A program made the translations under genes and the position numbers. The notes beneath the pieces are model-generated. The model was not told the DNA's origin, searched no databases, and worked only from the letters and a program-made list of their open reading frames with translations. Source: Candidatus Micrarchaeota archaeon (GTDB lineage Archaea; Micrarchaeota; Micrarchaeia; Anstonellales; Bilamarchaeaceae). From it: a stretch of DNA of 61,634 nucleotides. The stretch is taken from assembly GCA_014727975.1 (NCBI GenBank), contig WJMK01000040.1:1-61634 (forward strand), written 5' to 3'. The first letter of the stretch is position 1, and every line of letters begins with the position of its first letter. Of this stretch, positions 52,867 to 61,018 are shown piece after piece.

Positions 52867-53550
52867 CTATTTTTTCTTTATTGGAAGGAAGGGGAGCAGC
52901 CTTTCCGCAAGCAGGCTCATGCTCATGGTCTGCAGGTAAACTTCCCCTGGCCCGGTAAGCTTTGAGAGCCAGAAGCCCTCCCCCCCAAAAAGCACATTCC
53001 TTACGCCCTTTAGGCGCTGGACATCATAGGATACAGTGCGGTCGAATGCTGCAATGCTTCCGGTTTCAACATAAATGGTTTCCCCTGCTTCCAGGTGTTT
53101 TTTGTAAACTTCCCCGTCTATCTCCAGGAAGGCGTGGCCGTCCCCGGAAAGCTTCTGGAGCACAAATCCCTCCCCTCCTACAAATCCAACCATCAGCTTT
53201 TTCTTTACATATGAGTCCAGCTTTATCCCCCCTGTTGCTGCAAGAAACGCATCTTTCTGGCAGATAAGCTCCTTGCCTTCAGAGATTTTGAAATCCATTA
53301 TTTTTCCCGGGGCAGAAAGTCCGAAGGAAACTGAGCCAGGGCCGCCCTTTGCAGTAAATTTGTTTATGAAAAAGGATTCCCCCATGAGCATGCGATGGAC
53401 CCCGCCCCCAATCCCTCCGTGGGAGCCTGTGTGCATGTCAATATTGTCATCCATCCATATCATGGCGCCCCTTTCAGAAATAACCGATTCGCCTTCGTCC
53501 AGAAAAATATGCAAAAGCGGCATCACCGTGCCTTCCATCCTGTATTCCAT
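52867..53550 (-). CDS. AIM24/TIGR00266-family protein
   Basis: A full-length match by eye to the conserved family pattern: ...GESVISERGAMIWMD...GESFFINKFTA..GPGSVSF....G.I.... Confidence 0.75.
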   Translation of the reverse strand: MEYRMEGTVMPLLHIFLDEGESVISERGAMIWMDDNIDMHTGSHGGIGGGVHRMLMGESFFINKFTAKGGPGSVSFGLSAPGKIMDFKISEGKELICQKDAFLAATGGIKLDSYVKKKLMVGFVGGEGFVLQKLSGDGHAFLEIDGEVYKKHLEAGETIYVETGSIAAFDRTVSYDVQRLKGVRNVLFGGEGFWLSKLTGPGEVYLQTMSMSLLAERLLPFLPIKKK

Positions 53551-53571
53551 GCAGGGTAAAACGAGCCTAAA

Positions 53572-53587
53572 GTTAATAAATTTTAAG
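53572..53587. promoter_or_regulatory. Shared A/T box in 51-nt divergent spacer
   Basis: gttaataaattttaag lies about 25-30 nt from both the ATG at 53550 (-) and the ATG at 53602 (+). Confidence 0.45.
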
Positions 53588-53601
53588 CGGGTTGTTGGGG
53601 C

Positions 53602-53850
53602 ATGATAAAAGAACTGATATTGCTTGTGCTTGCAGTTGTTTTCTTCTGGTACGCACTTGGGCTTTTTGGACCGGTTGCGCTTTTCATAAATTCGCTTATC
53701 GCCCTGGTCGCGCTTAAGCTCCTTGGCTGGCTCGGCATAAAAATAGAAATAAGCATCTGGACGCTCCTGATTACGGTGATTTGGGGAATCCCAGGAGTGC
53801 TTGTGCTCATGTTCCTTGCGCTTACCGGGATTGCATTCCGCGGGCGCTGA
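53602..53850 (+). CDS. BofA-family small membrane protein
   Basis: LGIKIEISIWTLLITVIWGIPGVLVLMFL aligns with B. subtilis BofA LGIHVPINLVTTAISGILGIPGIAALVVI (recalled from memory). Confidence 0.55.
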   Translation: MIKELILLVLAVVFFWYALGLFGPVALFINSLIALVALKLLGWLGIKIEISIWTLLITVIWGIPGVLVLMFLALTGIAFRGR

Positions 53851-53853
53851 ACC

Positions 53854-54321
53854 TCACTCTTTTGCCTTTTTCCAGAGCTCCAGTGCTGCCCATATCAGGA
53901 TAGTGTATGCAAAACCGAGCACCCAGGAAAGATATCGGATGCTCCCTGTTTCAATAGTGCCTGCCCATGTTAGCAGGCCGAGGAGGTGTCCTGCAAAAAG
54001 GCTAAGCAGGGTAAAATATGCAAGAGGTCGGAGGTTTATGCGCAGGAAAAGCTCCGCAAGGGCAATCCAAAGGAACGCCCAAAGGAACGCCCCAAGCACA
54101 ATCCCAAACTCAAAAGAAAGGAACAATGCAGTAAGCGGGTTTCCTTCCATTTCCGGGTTTAAGTATGCATAATGTGTTGTAATTACCACGTCCGGGATCC
54201 CGGTTGCTGCAAAAAGAAGCAGGAGGGTTATTAGCGGCCGGGAACCATAAATCCTGAAATCCAGCCTTATGCCAAGCGCAACAGCAGCAAAAACCGCAAT
54301 GACCACAAGCAACTCAATCAA
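53854..54321 (-). CDS. Polytopic membrane protein (TTG start)
   Basis: 155 aa with 4-5 TM helices. The NPEMEGNPL loop is reminiscent of the DUF5658 family. Confidence 0.35.
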   Translation of the reverse strand: MIELLVVIAVFAAVALGIRLDFRIYGSRPLITLLLLFAATGIPDVVITTHYAYLNPEMEGNPLTALFLSFEFGIVLGAFLWAFLWIALAELFLRINLRPLAYFTLLSLFAGHLLGLLTWAGTIETGSIRYLSWVLGFAYTILIWAALELWKKAKE

Positions 54322-54432
54322 TTCAATCCCCTGAGTATGTTTCTATTATCTCCTTAGGTAAGCCCAGGCCTGCCTGCACTTTCCTGCCATGATTGCCCAC
54401 CCAAACAATGATTTTTACGGAAAAGATTAAAA

Positions 54433-55194
54433 CTACTCTTGCACTGTGAAAAACCTGCCTGTGTGCGCCTTCAGGTTGGAAACATACGAGCCGGATGGGT
54501 TTTCAAAAAAAAGCAGCGGGCCTTTTGCGCCGAGCACTTTCCCATTTATGTTCTCTGCAACCGAATATTTTTCCGGGAGGGAATAATCTATCTTTTTTGG
54601 GCTTGGGCAGTCCAGCATATACTCATTGAACGGGGAGGTGGATTCCACCTCTACTATTGCGTTTTCCAGGAACTGGGGGTCTTCCCTCCCCAGGAGCTTG
54701 AGCTTGGTTCTTGCCTGCACCGCGTTGCTGAAGCCAAAATGGCTTTGGAGAAGGCGTTCCATTTCGTAGGCCTCAGCGCCCTTCAGCTGCATTATTTCTG
54801 CGTAATAGTCTGCCCCTTGCTCCTTTACGCGCTCCCTGATCCTTCCTTTTTGGGTTACTCCGCATTTTACCCTTTCCCCGAAGGAAACAAGGTAAATGGA
54901 AAACTCCTTTTCTGAAAACTCGTCCTCCAGCTCTTCATATCCTTTAAAATCATGGCGGGTGTAAATCCTGGAAATGTCTTTGGAGCCGCAAAAAGGGCAC
55001 TGTATCCTTCCTTCGTAATGGTAAGGGCAGCGGTAGCGCCTGTTTCTTGATTGGAACCCTACGCAGGCTTTCGGGCCCTCGAACTCCAACTTGAGGTTCC
55101 CTTCAAGCTTTGCGGATGCCTCTTCCTCTCCCTCCCAGTAACTGATAGACGGAACATCCGTTGAAAAGAATGAAATCATGTGCTTGGGGGGCAT
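54433..55194 (-). CDS. Zinc-finger-containing conserved hypothetical (DUF2797-like)
   Basis: CVGF...RCPYH...QCPFCG cluster followed by an alpha/beta region. The family assignment is from memory only. Confidence 0.35.
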   Translation of the reverse strand: MPPKHMISFFSTDVPSISYWEGEEEASAKLEGNLKLEFEGPKACVGFQSRNRRYRCPYHYEGRIQCPFCGSKDISRIYTRHDFKGYEELEDEFSEKEFSIYLVSFGERVKCGVTQKGRIRERVKEQGADYYAEIMQLKGAEAYEMERLLQSHFGFSNAVQARTKLKLLGREDPQFLENAIVEVESTSPFNEYMLDCPSPKKIDYSLPEKYSVAENINGKVLGAKGPLLFFENPSGSYVSNLKAHTGRFFTVQE

Positions 55195-55290
55195 GCGGCT
55201 ATATCGGGGAGAAAGTTTATAAAGAGTGGGAAAATGGGAATAAAAAGCTTTTTGCGAATGGTTTTAATTTATGGATGAGTATTGTGCTCC

Positions 55291-56124
55291 ATGAACTGGA
55301 TGAGATGGATTATCCTGGTTTTGCTCCTCGGGTCAATAGGAGTCAGTGCGTATTACTATGATGCGGTTCCTGAATACATGGCCACCCATTGGAATGCTGC
55401 AGGGGAAGCCGACGGGTATATGGAGAAGGGCGTAGGGATGTTCCTGATGCCCGGAGCCATGCTTGTGCTGCTGGTCTTTTTCTACCTGATTCCGCACATA
55501 GACCCCCTGAAGGAGAACATAAAGAAATTCGACAGGTATTATGAAGGCTTTATCTTCCTGTTTACGTTTTTCCTTGCATATATACATTTTCTTTCTGTTG
55601 CATGGAACATCGGGTACTCCTTTGAGATAAACCGGTTCACTGCTCCTGTGCTGGGAATCCTCTTTATTTACCTTGGGGTGCTCTGCGGGAAATCCAAGCA
55701 GAACTGGTTTATAGGGATTCGCACTCCCTGGACTTTAAGCAGCGAAAGAGTCTGGGAGCGTACCCATAATATTGCAAAGGATGTATTTATCGGCCTTGGG
55801 GCGCTCTGGCTGGTGGTTGGGTTCATCATGCCCGGATATATCCTCTACCTTGTCGGGCTGCTGATTGTCTCCGCAGTTATCCTTTTCGTGGACTCCTACT
55901 TTGAATACAAGCGGGAGCTTGCAGGGGAAAGGGCGGAAAAGGTTGGCAAGGAGATCTTGAAAGGAGAGATTGTGGAAGCTGCGCCCATGAAAACAAAGGC
56001 CGGAAAGAAGTCTGCTGCAAAAAAGAAAGCTGCTGGGAAGAAGAAAGCGCCAAAAAAGAAACCGCAGAAAAAGAAGAAGGCGTCTGCAAAACCCACTAAA
56101 AAGGCTTCCAAAAAGAAGAAATAA
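55291..56124 (+). CDS. SdpI/DUF1648-family membrane protein with Lys-rich tail
   Basis: YYDAVPEYMATHWNAAGEADGYMEK (DUF1648) and NWFIGIRTPWTLSSERVWERTH (SdpI). The tail reads KKSAAKKKAAGKKKAPKKKPQKKKKASAKPTKKASKKKK. Confidence 0.7.
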   Translation: MNWMRWIILVLLLGSIGVSAYYYDAVPEYMATHWNAAGEADGYMEKGVGMFLMPGAMLVLLVFFYLIPHIDPLKENIKKFDRYYEGFIFLFTFFLAYIHFLSVAWNIGYSFEINRFTAPVLGILFIYLGVLCGKSKQNWFIGIRTPWTLSSERVWERTHNIAKDVFIGLGALWLVVGFIMPGYILYLVGLLIVSAVILFVDSYFEYKRELAGERAEKVGKEILKGEIVEAAPMKTKAGKKSAAKKKAAGKKKAPKKKPQKKKKASAKPTKKASKKKK

Positions 56125-56130
56125 TGCCCG

Positions 56131-56352
56131 CTAGAAATGCGGGCTAAACACTCCGTAGGCCAGGAAAAGTGTCCCCAGCAAAAGGATCAGCTTCATGTAA
56201 AAGATGCTTGCTTCGGAAAGGCAGGAGCATTGTTTCCGCCTTGCCATCATCGCCCTTCTTGCTTCACTGTGCTTGGCATAGTTGAAGGGGTGCACTTCAT
56301 TGGCCCCGGACACATGGTACCTTGTCTTTTCTTGGGGACCATTCCTTTTCAT
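56131..56352 (-). CDS. Small tail-anchored hypothetical protein
   Basis: TATA catttaaatacc lies about 40 nt upstream and GGTGA about 10 nt upstream. There is a C-terminal TM helix. Confidence 0.35.
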   Translation of the reverse strand: MKRNGPQEKTRYHVSGANEVHPFNYAKHSEARRAMMARRKQCSCLSEASIFYMKLILLLGTLFLAYGVFSPHF

Positions 56353-56480
56353 TTATCTCACCTCTGTAATTGGTTCGAATTTTGGGTATTTAAATGCATG
56401 CTGTCCGCTGCAGGAGGACAGTATTCTATAGAATAGGGGGATTGGCATTTATATTATTTTCTTAACCTAATCAGAAGGAC

Positions 56481-56603
56481 GGAGCAAGGCTGTGTTTTCT
56501 TGAGCGGATGCTAAAGAGAAGCGGCCGAATCGTGAACTTTGTTCACGAGAAGAAAGCGAAGCTTTCTCAGAGGTCGCTAAGATTTGGTGCGGCTTTTTGC
56601 TCC
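56481..56603 (+). ncRNA. Candidate structured small RNA upstream of tRNA-Leu (identity unknown)
   Basis: TATA tttatatta (56448-56) lies about 25 nt upstream. The closing helix is GGAGCAA 56481-87/TTGCTCC 56597-603. Inner helix GCGGCC 56521-26/GGTCGC 56572-77. Hairpins are CGTGAAC-ttt-GTTCACG (56531-47) and AGAAAGC-gaa-GCTTTCT (56551-67). A T5 run lies at 56594-98. Confidence 0.3.
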
Positions 56604-56626
56604 GGAATAAAACTGCATAAAAAGCC

Positions 56627-56712
56627 GCAAGGGTGGCGGAGCTTGGTCAAACGCGCAGGGCTTAGGACCCTGTAGCTTAGTGCTTGCGCAGGTTCAAATC
56701 CTGCCCCTTGCA
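56627..56712 (+). tRNA. tRNA-Leu (anticodon TAG), class II with long variable arm
   Basis: Acceptor GCAAGGG/CCCTTGC, anticodon stem CAGGG/CCCTG with loop CTTAGGA, and T arm GCAGG-TTCAAAT-CCTGC. The discriminator is A and no CCA is encoded. Confidence 0.9.
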
Positions 56713-56713
56713 T

Positions 56714-57010
56714 TCAAATGTATTCAGTGCCGAATTTTCTCCATCGGTTGAGCCTGGGGATGGTTTCGTTTGCAAGCTTATCAGCTTCTTCTTTGGGCAT
56801 CCCTTCATTTACCATGAAGCCTATCACTTGCTCGATCATTTCCCGCATTGAAATATCCGGCTCGGTGAAAACCCCATTCTGGAAGCAGTGGGTGCAGAAT
56901 TCCTCGCTAGGGGTGCCGTCCGCATTGGTCCCAAAATCCTCGGGCTTTTCCATAGGCATCCCGCAGCTCTGGCAGATTGGCGTTTTTGGCTTCTCTTCCG
57001 GTTCCTCCAT
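56714..57010 (-). CDS. Zinc-ribbon domain protein (Zn_ribbon_2-like)
   Basis: CQSCGMPMEKPEDFGTNADGTPSEEFCTHCFQNGVFTEP is the typical putative-zinc-ribbon family motif. The start was trimmed to ATG 57010, with TATA cccttaaaaacc upstream. Confidence 0.6.
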   Translation of the reverse strand: MEEPEEKPKTPICQSCGMPMEKPEDFGTNADGTPSEEFCTHCFQNGVFTEPDISMREMIEQVIGFMVNEGMPKEEADKLANETIPRLNRWRKFGTEYI

Positions 57011-57062
57011 AATACGCACCAGTAAAAGAACGGAGGTGAGGTTTTTAAGGGATGCAGTTAAG

Positions 57063-58814
57063 CTACTTTTTCCCCTTATAGCCCTCGAGCTTATGGTATT
57101 TGTCTTCGTGCGGGGCAAGAAGCTGGGTAGCTAGCCTCGCAAGGTCCCACAGGAAAAGGAATGCTGCAAGAAGGGGGATGAGGAAGGCTTCCTGGAGGAA
57201 GCCCGGGAGGTTTAGCACGCTTACTGCAAAAGGGATGGGAAGCGCAAGGAGCAGGAAGAATGCAAAGAAGAAGAAATTCTCTATCATCTTGCTGCGGATG
57301 TTTGCATGGGCTGCGGGCCCAAAATGGAAAGCATGGGCAAATTTCCCTGCAAGCATTGTAATTATGCGGAATATATTGTAGAGGGGGTAAATGGAAAGCA
57401 GGATTGCCCCGAGCTCGAATATATCTATTGGCCCGACCATATAGGGAGCAAGCCCGGAATGGAGGGCAAACTGGCCCCTCACTATTACCAGGAAGGAATC
57501 GATAAGGAAGAGCGCAACAAGGTTCAATACAAGGGAATATGCATGCTTCCTGAATGTTTCGTAGAAGGGGCCCTTTGGCTCAAAATGGTGGAGCACATGG
57601 CTCATGTAAGCGGATAGGTGGCGGAAGGGATTTCTCTTCCGGTCGAGCCCGAACCTCGTACCCAGGAAAAGCCCTACTCTCTTTTCCCTTGGGATAAGTA
57701 TTGATGCTATGAGGCCGCTTATCACTATAAGCGCGGTAGAAAGCGAAACAAAATCATACGATGTTATTCCTACAGTCTGGGAGGCAATAATGAGGCCAAA
57801 CTCGCTGGAGGTAAGCATCAGGAGGCCCGCAAATAATGAGGCTGTCCCTCCGAATCCTGTCATGTATGTGGAAAAAGAGATTGAAAAGAGCTTCAGCAGC
57901 ATGTTGAAGATGGCAAAAAATATCACTATCCCTATTGCGCCAATTATGAATTCCGGATTTACCAGCATTCCCATGGAAAAAAAGAAGAATGCTGCAAAAA
58001 GCAGAGTCATTTGCTTAAGTGTGGATTCTATTTTGCGGAAGGAAGGGATTGCTGCAACCGTGCTCCCCGCAAGGAACGCACCTATTGAGGGGGAAAGGTG
58101 GAAAGACATTGCAATCAGGGCAAGGAGGGCGCAGAGGGAGAGGGCAGAGAAAAGCTGGGCCTCAAGGTTCTTTTCGTCCATCCACTTTGAAAGGCGTATT
58201 ACGAGCCAGCGGAGGATCAGGTAGGAGCAGAAAAGGATGAGGAGGGAGAAAAGCACCGAGACCAGGACCTGGCCTATGGAAAGGGTTGTGTCGCCCTGCA
58301 TCTGTGAAAGGAGAGTAAGGGTGAATACTGCTACAACATCTTCCAGTATAAGGACTGCAGACATGAAATTTGACTCGTCCCTTTTCTGGTGCCTGGAATC
58401 CGCCACAATCCTTGCAAATATTGCGGTGCTGGAGAAAGAAAGGACCACTCCCATTATTATGGCATCGAGCATCTGAAAGCCCAGGAAAACCGCTGCAAGG
58501 TAGGTGAGTAGGAAAATTATTGAAAACTTGACTAGGAGAACGAATGTGGCGCGGAGCCCGAACCTGGCGATCCTGTCCAGGTTGAAGTGGATTCCGATGT
58601 AAAAAAGGAGCAGGATTACCCCGATTTCAGAGATAAGGGAAATAAAATCCGTTTCTGTTACTATGCCCAGGAAATTCGGGCCTATAAGCGCTCCAAAGAA
58701 AAGCAGGCCGATTACGCTGGGGAGCCTGAGCTTCGCGCTTAGCGCTACACCCAGGAAAGAGAAGAATATTATTACCCAGAAATCCAGCAAATCGGCTGTA
58801 AGCACTACGTCCAC
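57063..58814 (-). CDS. Cation:proton antiporter (CPA2/Kef-like)
   Basis: 583 aa with 12 or more TM helices and a Na_H_exchanger-like N-terminal two-thirds. Confidence 0.75.
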   Translation of the reverse strand: MDVVLTADLLDFWVIIFFSFLGVALSAKLRLPSVIGLLFFGALIGPNFLGIVTETDFISLISEIGVILLLFYIGIHFNLDRIARFGLRATFVLLVKFSIIFLLTYLAAVFLGFQMLDAIIMGVVLSFSSTAIFARIVADSRHQKRDESNFMSAVLILEDVVAVFTLTLLSQMQGDTTLSIGQVLVSVLFSLLILFCSYLILRWLVIRLSKWMDEKNLEAQLFSALSLCALLALIAMSFHLSPSIGAFLAGSTVAAIPSFRKIESTLKQMTLLFAAFFFFSMGMLVNPEFIIGAIGIVIFFAIFNMLLKLFSISFSTYMTGFGGTASLFAGLLMLTSSEFGLIIASQTVGITSYDFVSLSTALIVISGLIASILIPREKRVGLFLGTRFGLDRKRNPFRHLSAYMSHVLHHFEPKGPFYETFRKHAYSLVLNLVALFLIDSFLVIVRGQFALHSGLAPYMVGPIDIFELGAILLSIYPLYNIFRIITMLAGKFAHAFHFGPAAHANIRSKMIENFFFFAFFLLLALPIPFAVSVLNLPGFLQEAFLIPLLAAFLFLWDLARLATQLLAPHEDKYHKLEGYKGKK

Positions 58815-58875
58815 AGGAAGAGATAATGTATAAAAGGTTATAATGGTTTACAATTTGGGGGAAAAATATTGCAGT

Positions 58876-59592
58876 TTACCTCACAGGGTCATACCTGCCG
58901 TGCGCCTCCCCCTTGAAGTGATATTTGAGGAAATTGGAGGTATGGAAGGAAAGGTATTTCCAGTAGCCCCACTCCCTCACCCTGCGCATTGAAACATATA
59001 CGTGTGCATCCGGAAGGTAGGCAATCTTCCCATGGGGCTTTACCCTGCGCACAAGGTCTGTGTCTTCACCTGTTACAAGGTCGGTATTGAAGCCTCCTGC
59101 CTTATGGAAGGTTTTTGCATCAAATGCCATGTTGTCTGCTGCTGCAAAATGGGAATCTGTTTTGGAAAGGAGATGGCCGAGCGGGGTAAGGATTCCGTGG
59201 GAAAATGCATTCTCCATGAAGTTCCCGTCCCTGGGGACTACCGGGCCGATTGAGGCTATATGGGTCTTTTCGAAAATAGGGCGGGTAAGTGAGTCCAGCC
59301 AGTGGGGGTCTGCATAGCTGTCTGCCCCTGCAGAAACAAGTACATCTCCCTGGGCTGCCAAAGCGCCTGCCTGCCTTCCTGCTGCAATTGTCCTTTTGCG
59401 CTCAAATATTACTTTTGCACCATATTTTTCCGCGATTTGCACTGTTCTGTCATCGCTGTGGCCGTCTGAGATGATTATCTCGTATTTCCTGTGGATGAAC
59501 TGGTTCCTGAGGGAACTTAGCGCATCCTCCAGGTACTCCTCCTCATTGAGGGTTGGGATTACGATTGAAATCTCTGGTTTTTTATTAATCAT
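58876..59592 (-). CDS. Family 2 glycosyltransferase
   Basis: ISIVIPTLNEEEYL, SDGHSDD and a DxD-like GAD motif, at 238 aa. Confidence 0.85.
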   Translation of the reverse strand: MINKKPEISIVIPTLNEEEYLEDALSSLRNQFIHRKYEIIISDGHSDDRTVQIAEKYGAKVIFERKRTIAAGRQAGALAAQGDVLVSAGADSYADPHWLDSLTRPIFEKTHIASIGPVVPRDGNFMENAFSHGILTPLGHLLSKTDSHFAAADNMAFDAKTFHKAGGFNTDLVTGEDTDLVRRVKPHGKIAYLPDAHVYVSMRRVREWGYWKYLSFHTSNFLKYHFKGEAHGRYDPVR

Positions 59593-59617
59593 GCACTACA
59601 ACCTTCTGCAACTAATT

Positions 59618-60709
59618 TTAGGGGCGTTTTGTTTTTAAATATTGCATTCCGGCATCCGGGCCTTCCAGAAGGTGCTCAAACAGCTTCTGGGGGTCGAATA
59701 AACCCACTTTGCCCTGCAGGCGCTCCCTGAGGCGCTGCTCGGAGAGTTCCCTCATGGAGAGCTTGTTTTCCCTGAGTTCTCGCAATTTCTCTATCTCTTT
59801 TTTCAGGCGGCGCTCATTCAGGTGGTTGTCTATGAAAACACCTTCTTCCTGCGGCAGGTTGAGGTCCGATGCCTTGAAGCCATGGGCAAGCGTGCCTTTT
59901 ATTTTTAGCTTGATCACTGCATCCGGGGCTTTGAGTTCCTGGAGTTCTTCTTCTATTTGTTTTTTTGCCTCGTTTGGGGCTGCGTTGTGCATCTCAATTT
60001 CCCGCAATATGAATTTTCTTGAAGGTATTTCCACGAACTCGTAGGAGTTTGAATTTGTGTCGTAGAGGAGGTATCCCTTGGGCTTTGTTTCCTCCTTTGT
60101 GAGCTGGGTGAGCACTGTGCTTCCCGGGATTAAGAATTTGCCATCCATGCCGGTTTTGTGCGCATGAATGTGCCCGTTCATGTAAAGGGAATAGTTGAGG
60201 GGCTCCAGGTCATGGATTGAGGAAAGGTTTTCCCCATATACAAATTCCTTGAAAGACTGGTGGAGTAGGAGGATTGAGAATGCATCTGCTGGAGGAGTTA
60301 CAGTTTGCCTTAGCTTTTCCAGGGCGCGTGGGGTGAGGTCATCCGGCACGTTGCCCATTCCTGCAATGAATATTTTTTCTCCATCTTTTTCAAAGGTGGC
60401 GGAATCCATGTGCAGGTGGGTAAGGAGGCCTGCTTTTGCAAGGAGCTCTACAGGGTTGAGTGCGCCTCTGCTCCTCCTTTCATGGTTTCCGTGAATTGCA
60501 TAAACCTGTGTTTTTAGCTCGCGGAAAAGCGAAATTGCCTCGCCCAGGACCTGTAGAGAAGGGACCCTGGAATCGTATAGGTCCCCGAGGAAAAGGATTA
60601 GGTCTGCTTTCTGGTCCGCGTCTTTAAAGGCGGCCCTTGCCTGGGTGAAGCTATCCGTGTAGAATCTTGGGTAGCCAAGGTGCGTATCGCCTATTACTGC
60701 TATTTTCAA
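59618..60709 (-). CDS. mre11: Mre11/SbcD-type metallophosphoesterase nuclease
   Basis: Phosphoesterase motifs GDTHLG, GDLYD, GNHE, LLLHQ and GHIH in canonical order. Confidence 0.8.
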   Translation of the reverse strand: MKIAVIGDTHLGYPRFYTDSFTQARAAFKDADQKADLILFLGDLYDSRVPSLQVLGEAISLFRELKTQVYAIHGNHERRSRGALNPVELLAKAGLLTHLHMDSATFEKDGEKIFIAGMGNVPDDLTPRALEKLRQTVTPPADAFSILLLHQSFKEFVYGENLSSIHDLEPLNYSLYMNGHIHAHKTGMDGKFLIPGSTVLTQLTKEETKPKGYLLYDTNSNSYEFVEIPSRKFILREIEMHNAAPNEAKKQIEEELQELKAPDAVIKLKIKGTLAHGFKASDLNLPQEEGVFIDNHLNERRLKKEIEKLRELRENKLSMRELSEQRLRERLQGKVGLFDPQKLFEHLLEGPDAGMQYLKTKRP

Positions 60710-60943
60710 GAGTGTTCACCCGTATTGATTTTATGAGGGCGGATTTTTAAGGAATTGGGGGGTGGTCTTCCGCTGGGAGAAAGATATAAAAAACTGAAAG
60801 GGAGTAATGAAAGCGTATGATGGTTGAGGTAATCTTCTTCACGGTGCTTATTGCGCTAGCGCTGATGGTAGCTTACCTTCTGACCAAATAGTTTGATTTT
60901 TAAACATTAGTGGACTAAAGTTTGAAACATCGTTTTGGTTTAA

Positions 60944-61018
60944 GGGCCCGTAGCTCAGTCTGGTTGGAGCGTTCGACTGATAATCGAAAGGTCGTGAGTT
61001 CAAATCTCATCGGGCCCA
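60944..61018 (+). tRNA. tRNA-Ile (anticodon GAT)
   Basis: Acceptor GGGCCCG/CGGGCCC, D stem GCTC/GAGC, anticodon stem TTCGA/TCGAA with loop CTGATAA, and T arm GTGAG-TTCAAAT-CTCAT. The discriminator is A. Confidence 0.92.

Noticed and set aside
56481-56603. The structured element as 5S rRNA or a C/D-box sRNA.
   Set aside because: It has no similarity to the archaeal 5S consensus (for example ..CCCGGAAGUUAAGC..). No RUGAUGA/CUGA box pairs are present.
60817-60891. 24-codon ORF (MMVEVIFFTVLIALALMVAYLLTK), a single TM helix, with aaagatataaaaaa upstream.
   Set aside because: The TATA-like box and hydrophobic helix are suggestive, but the length is far below what can be called from sequence alone.
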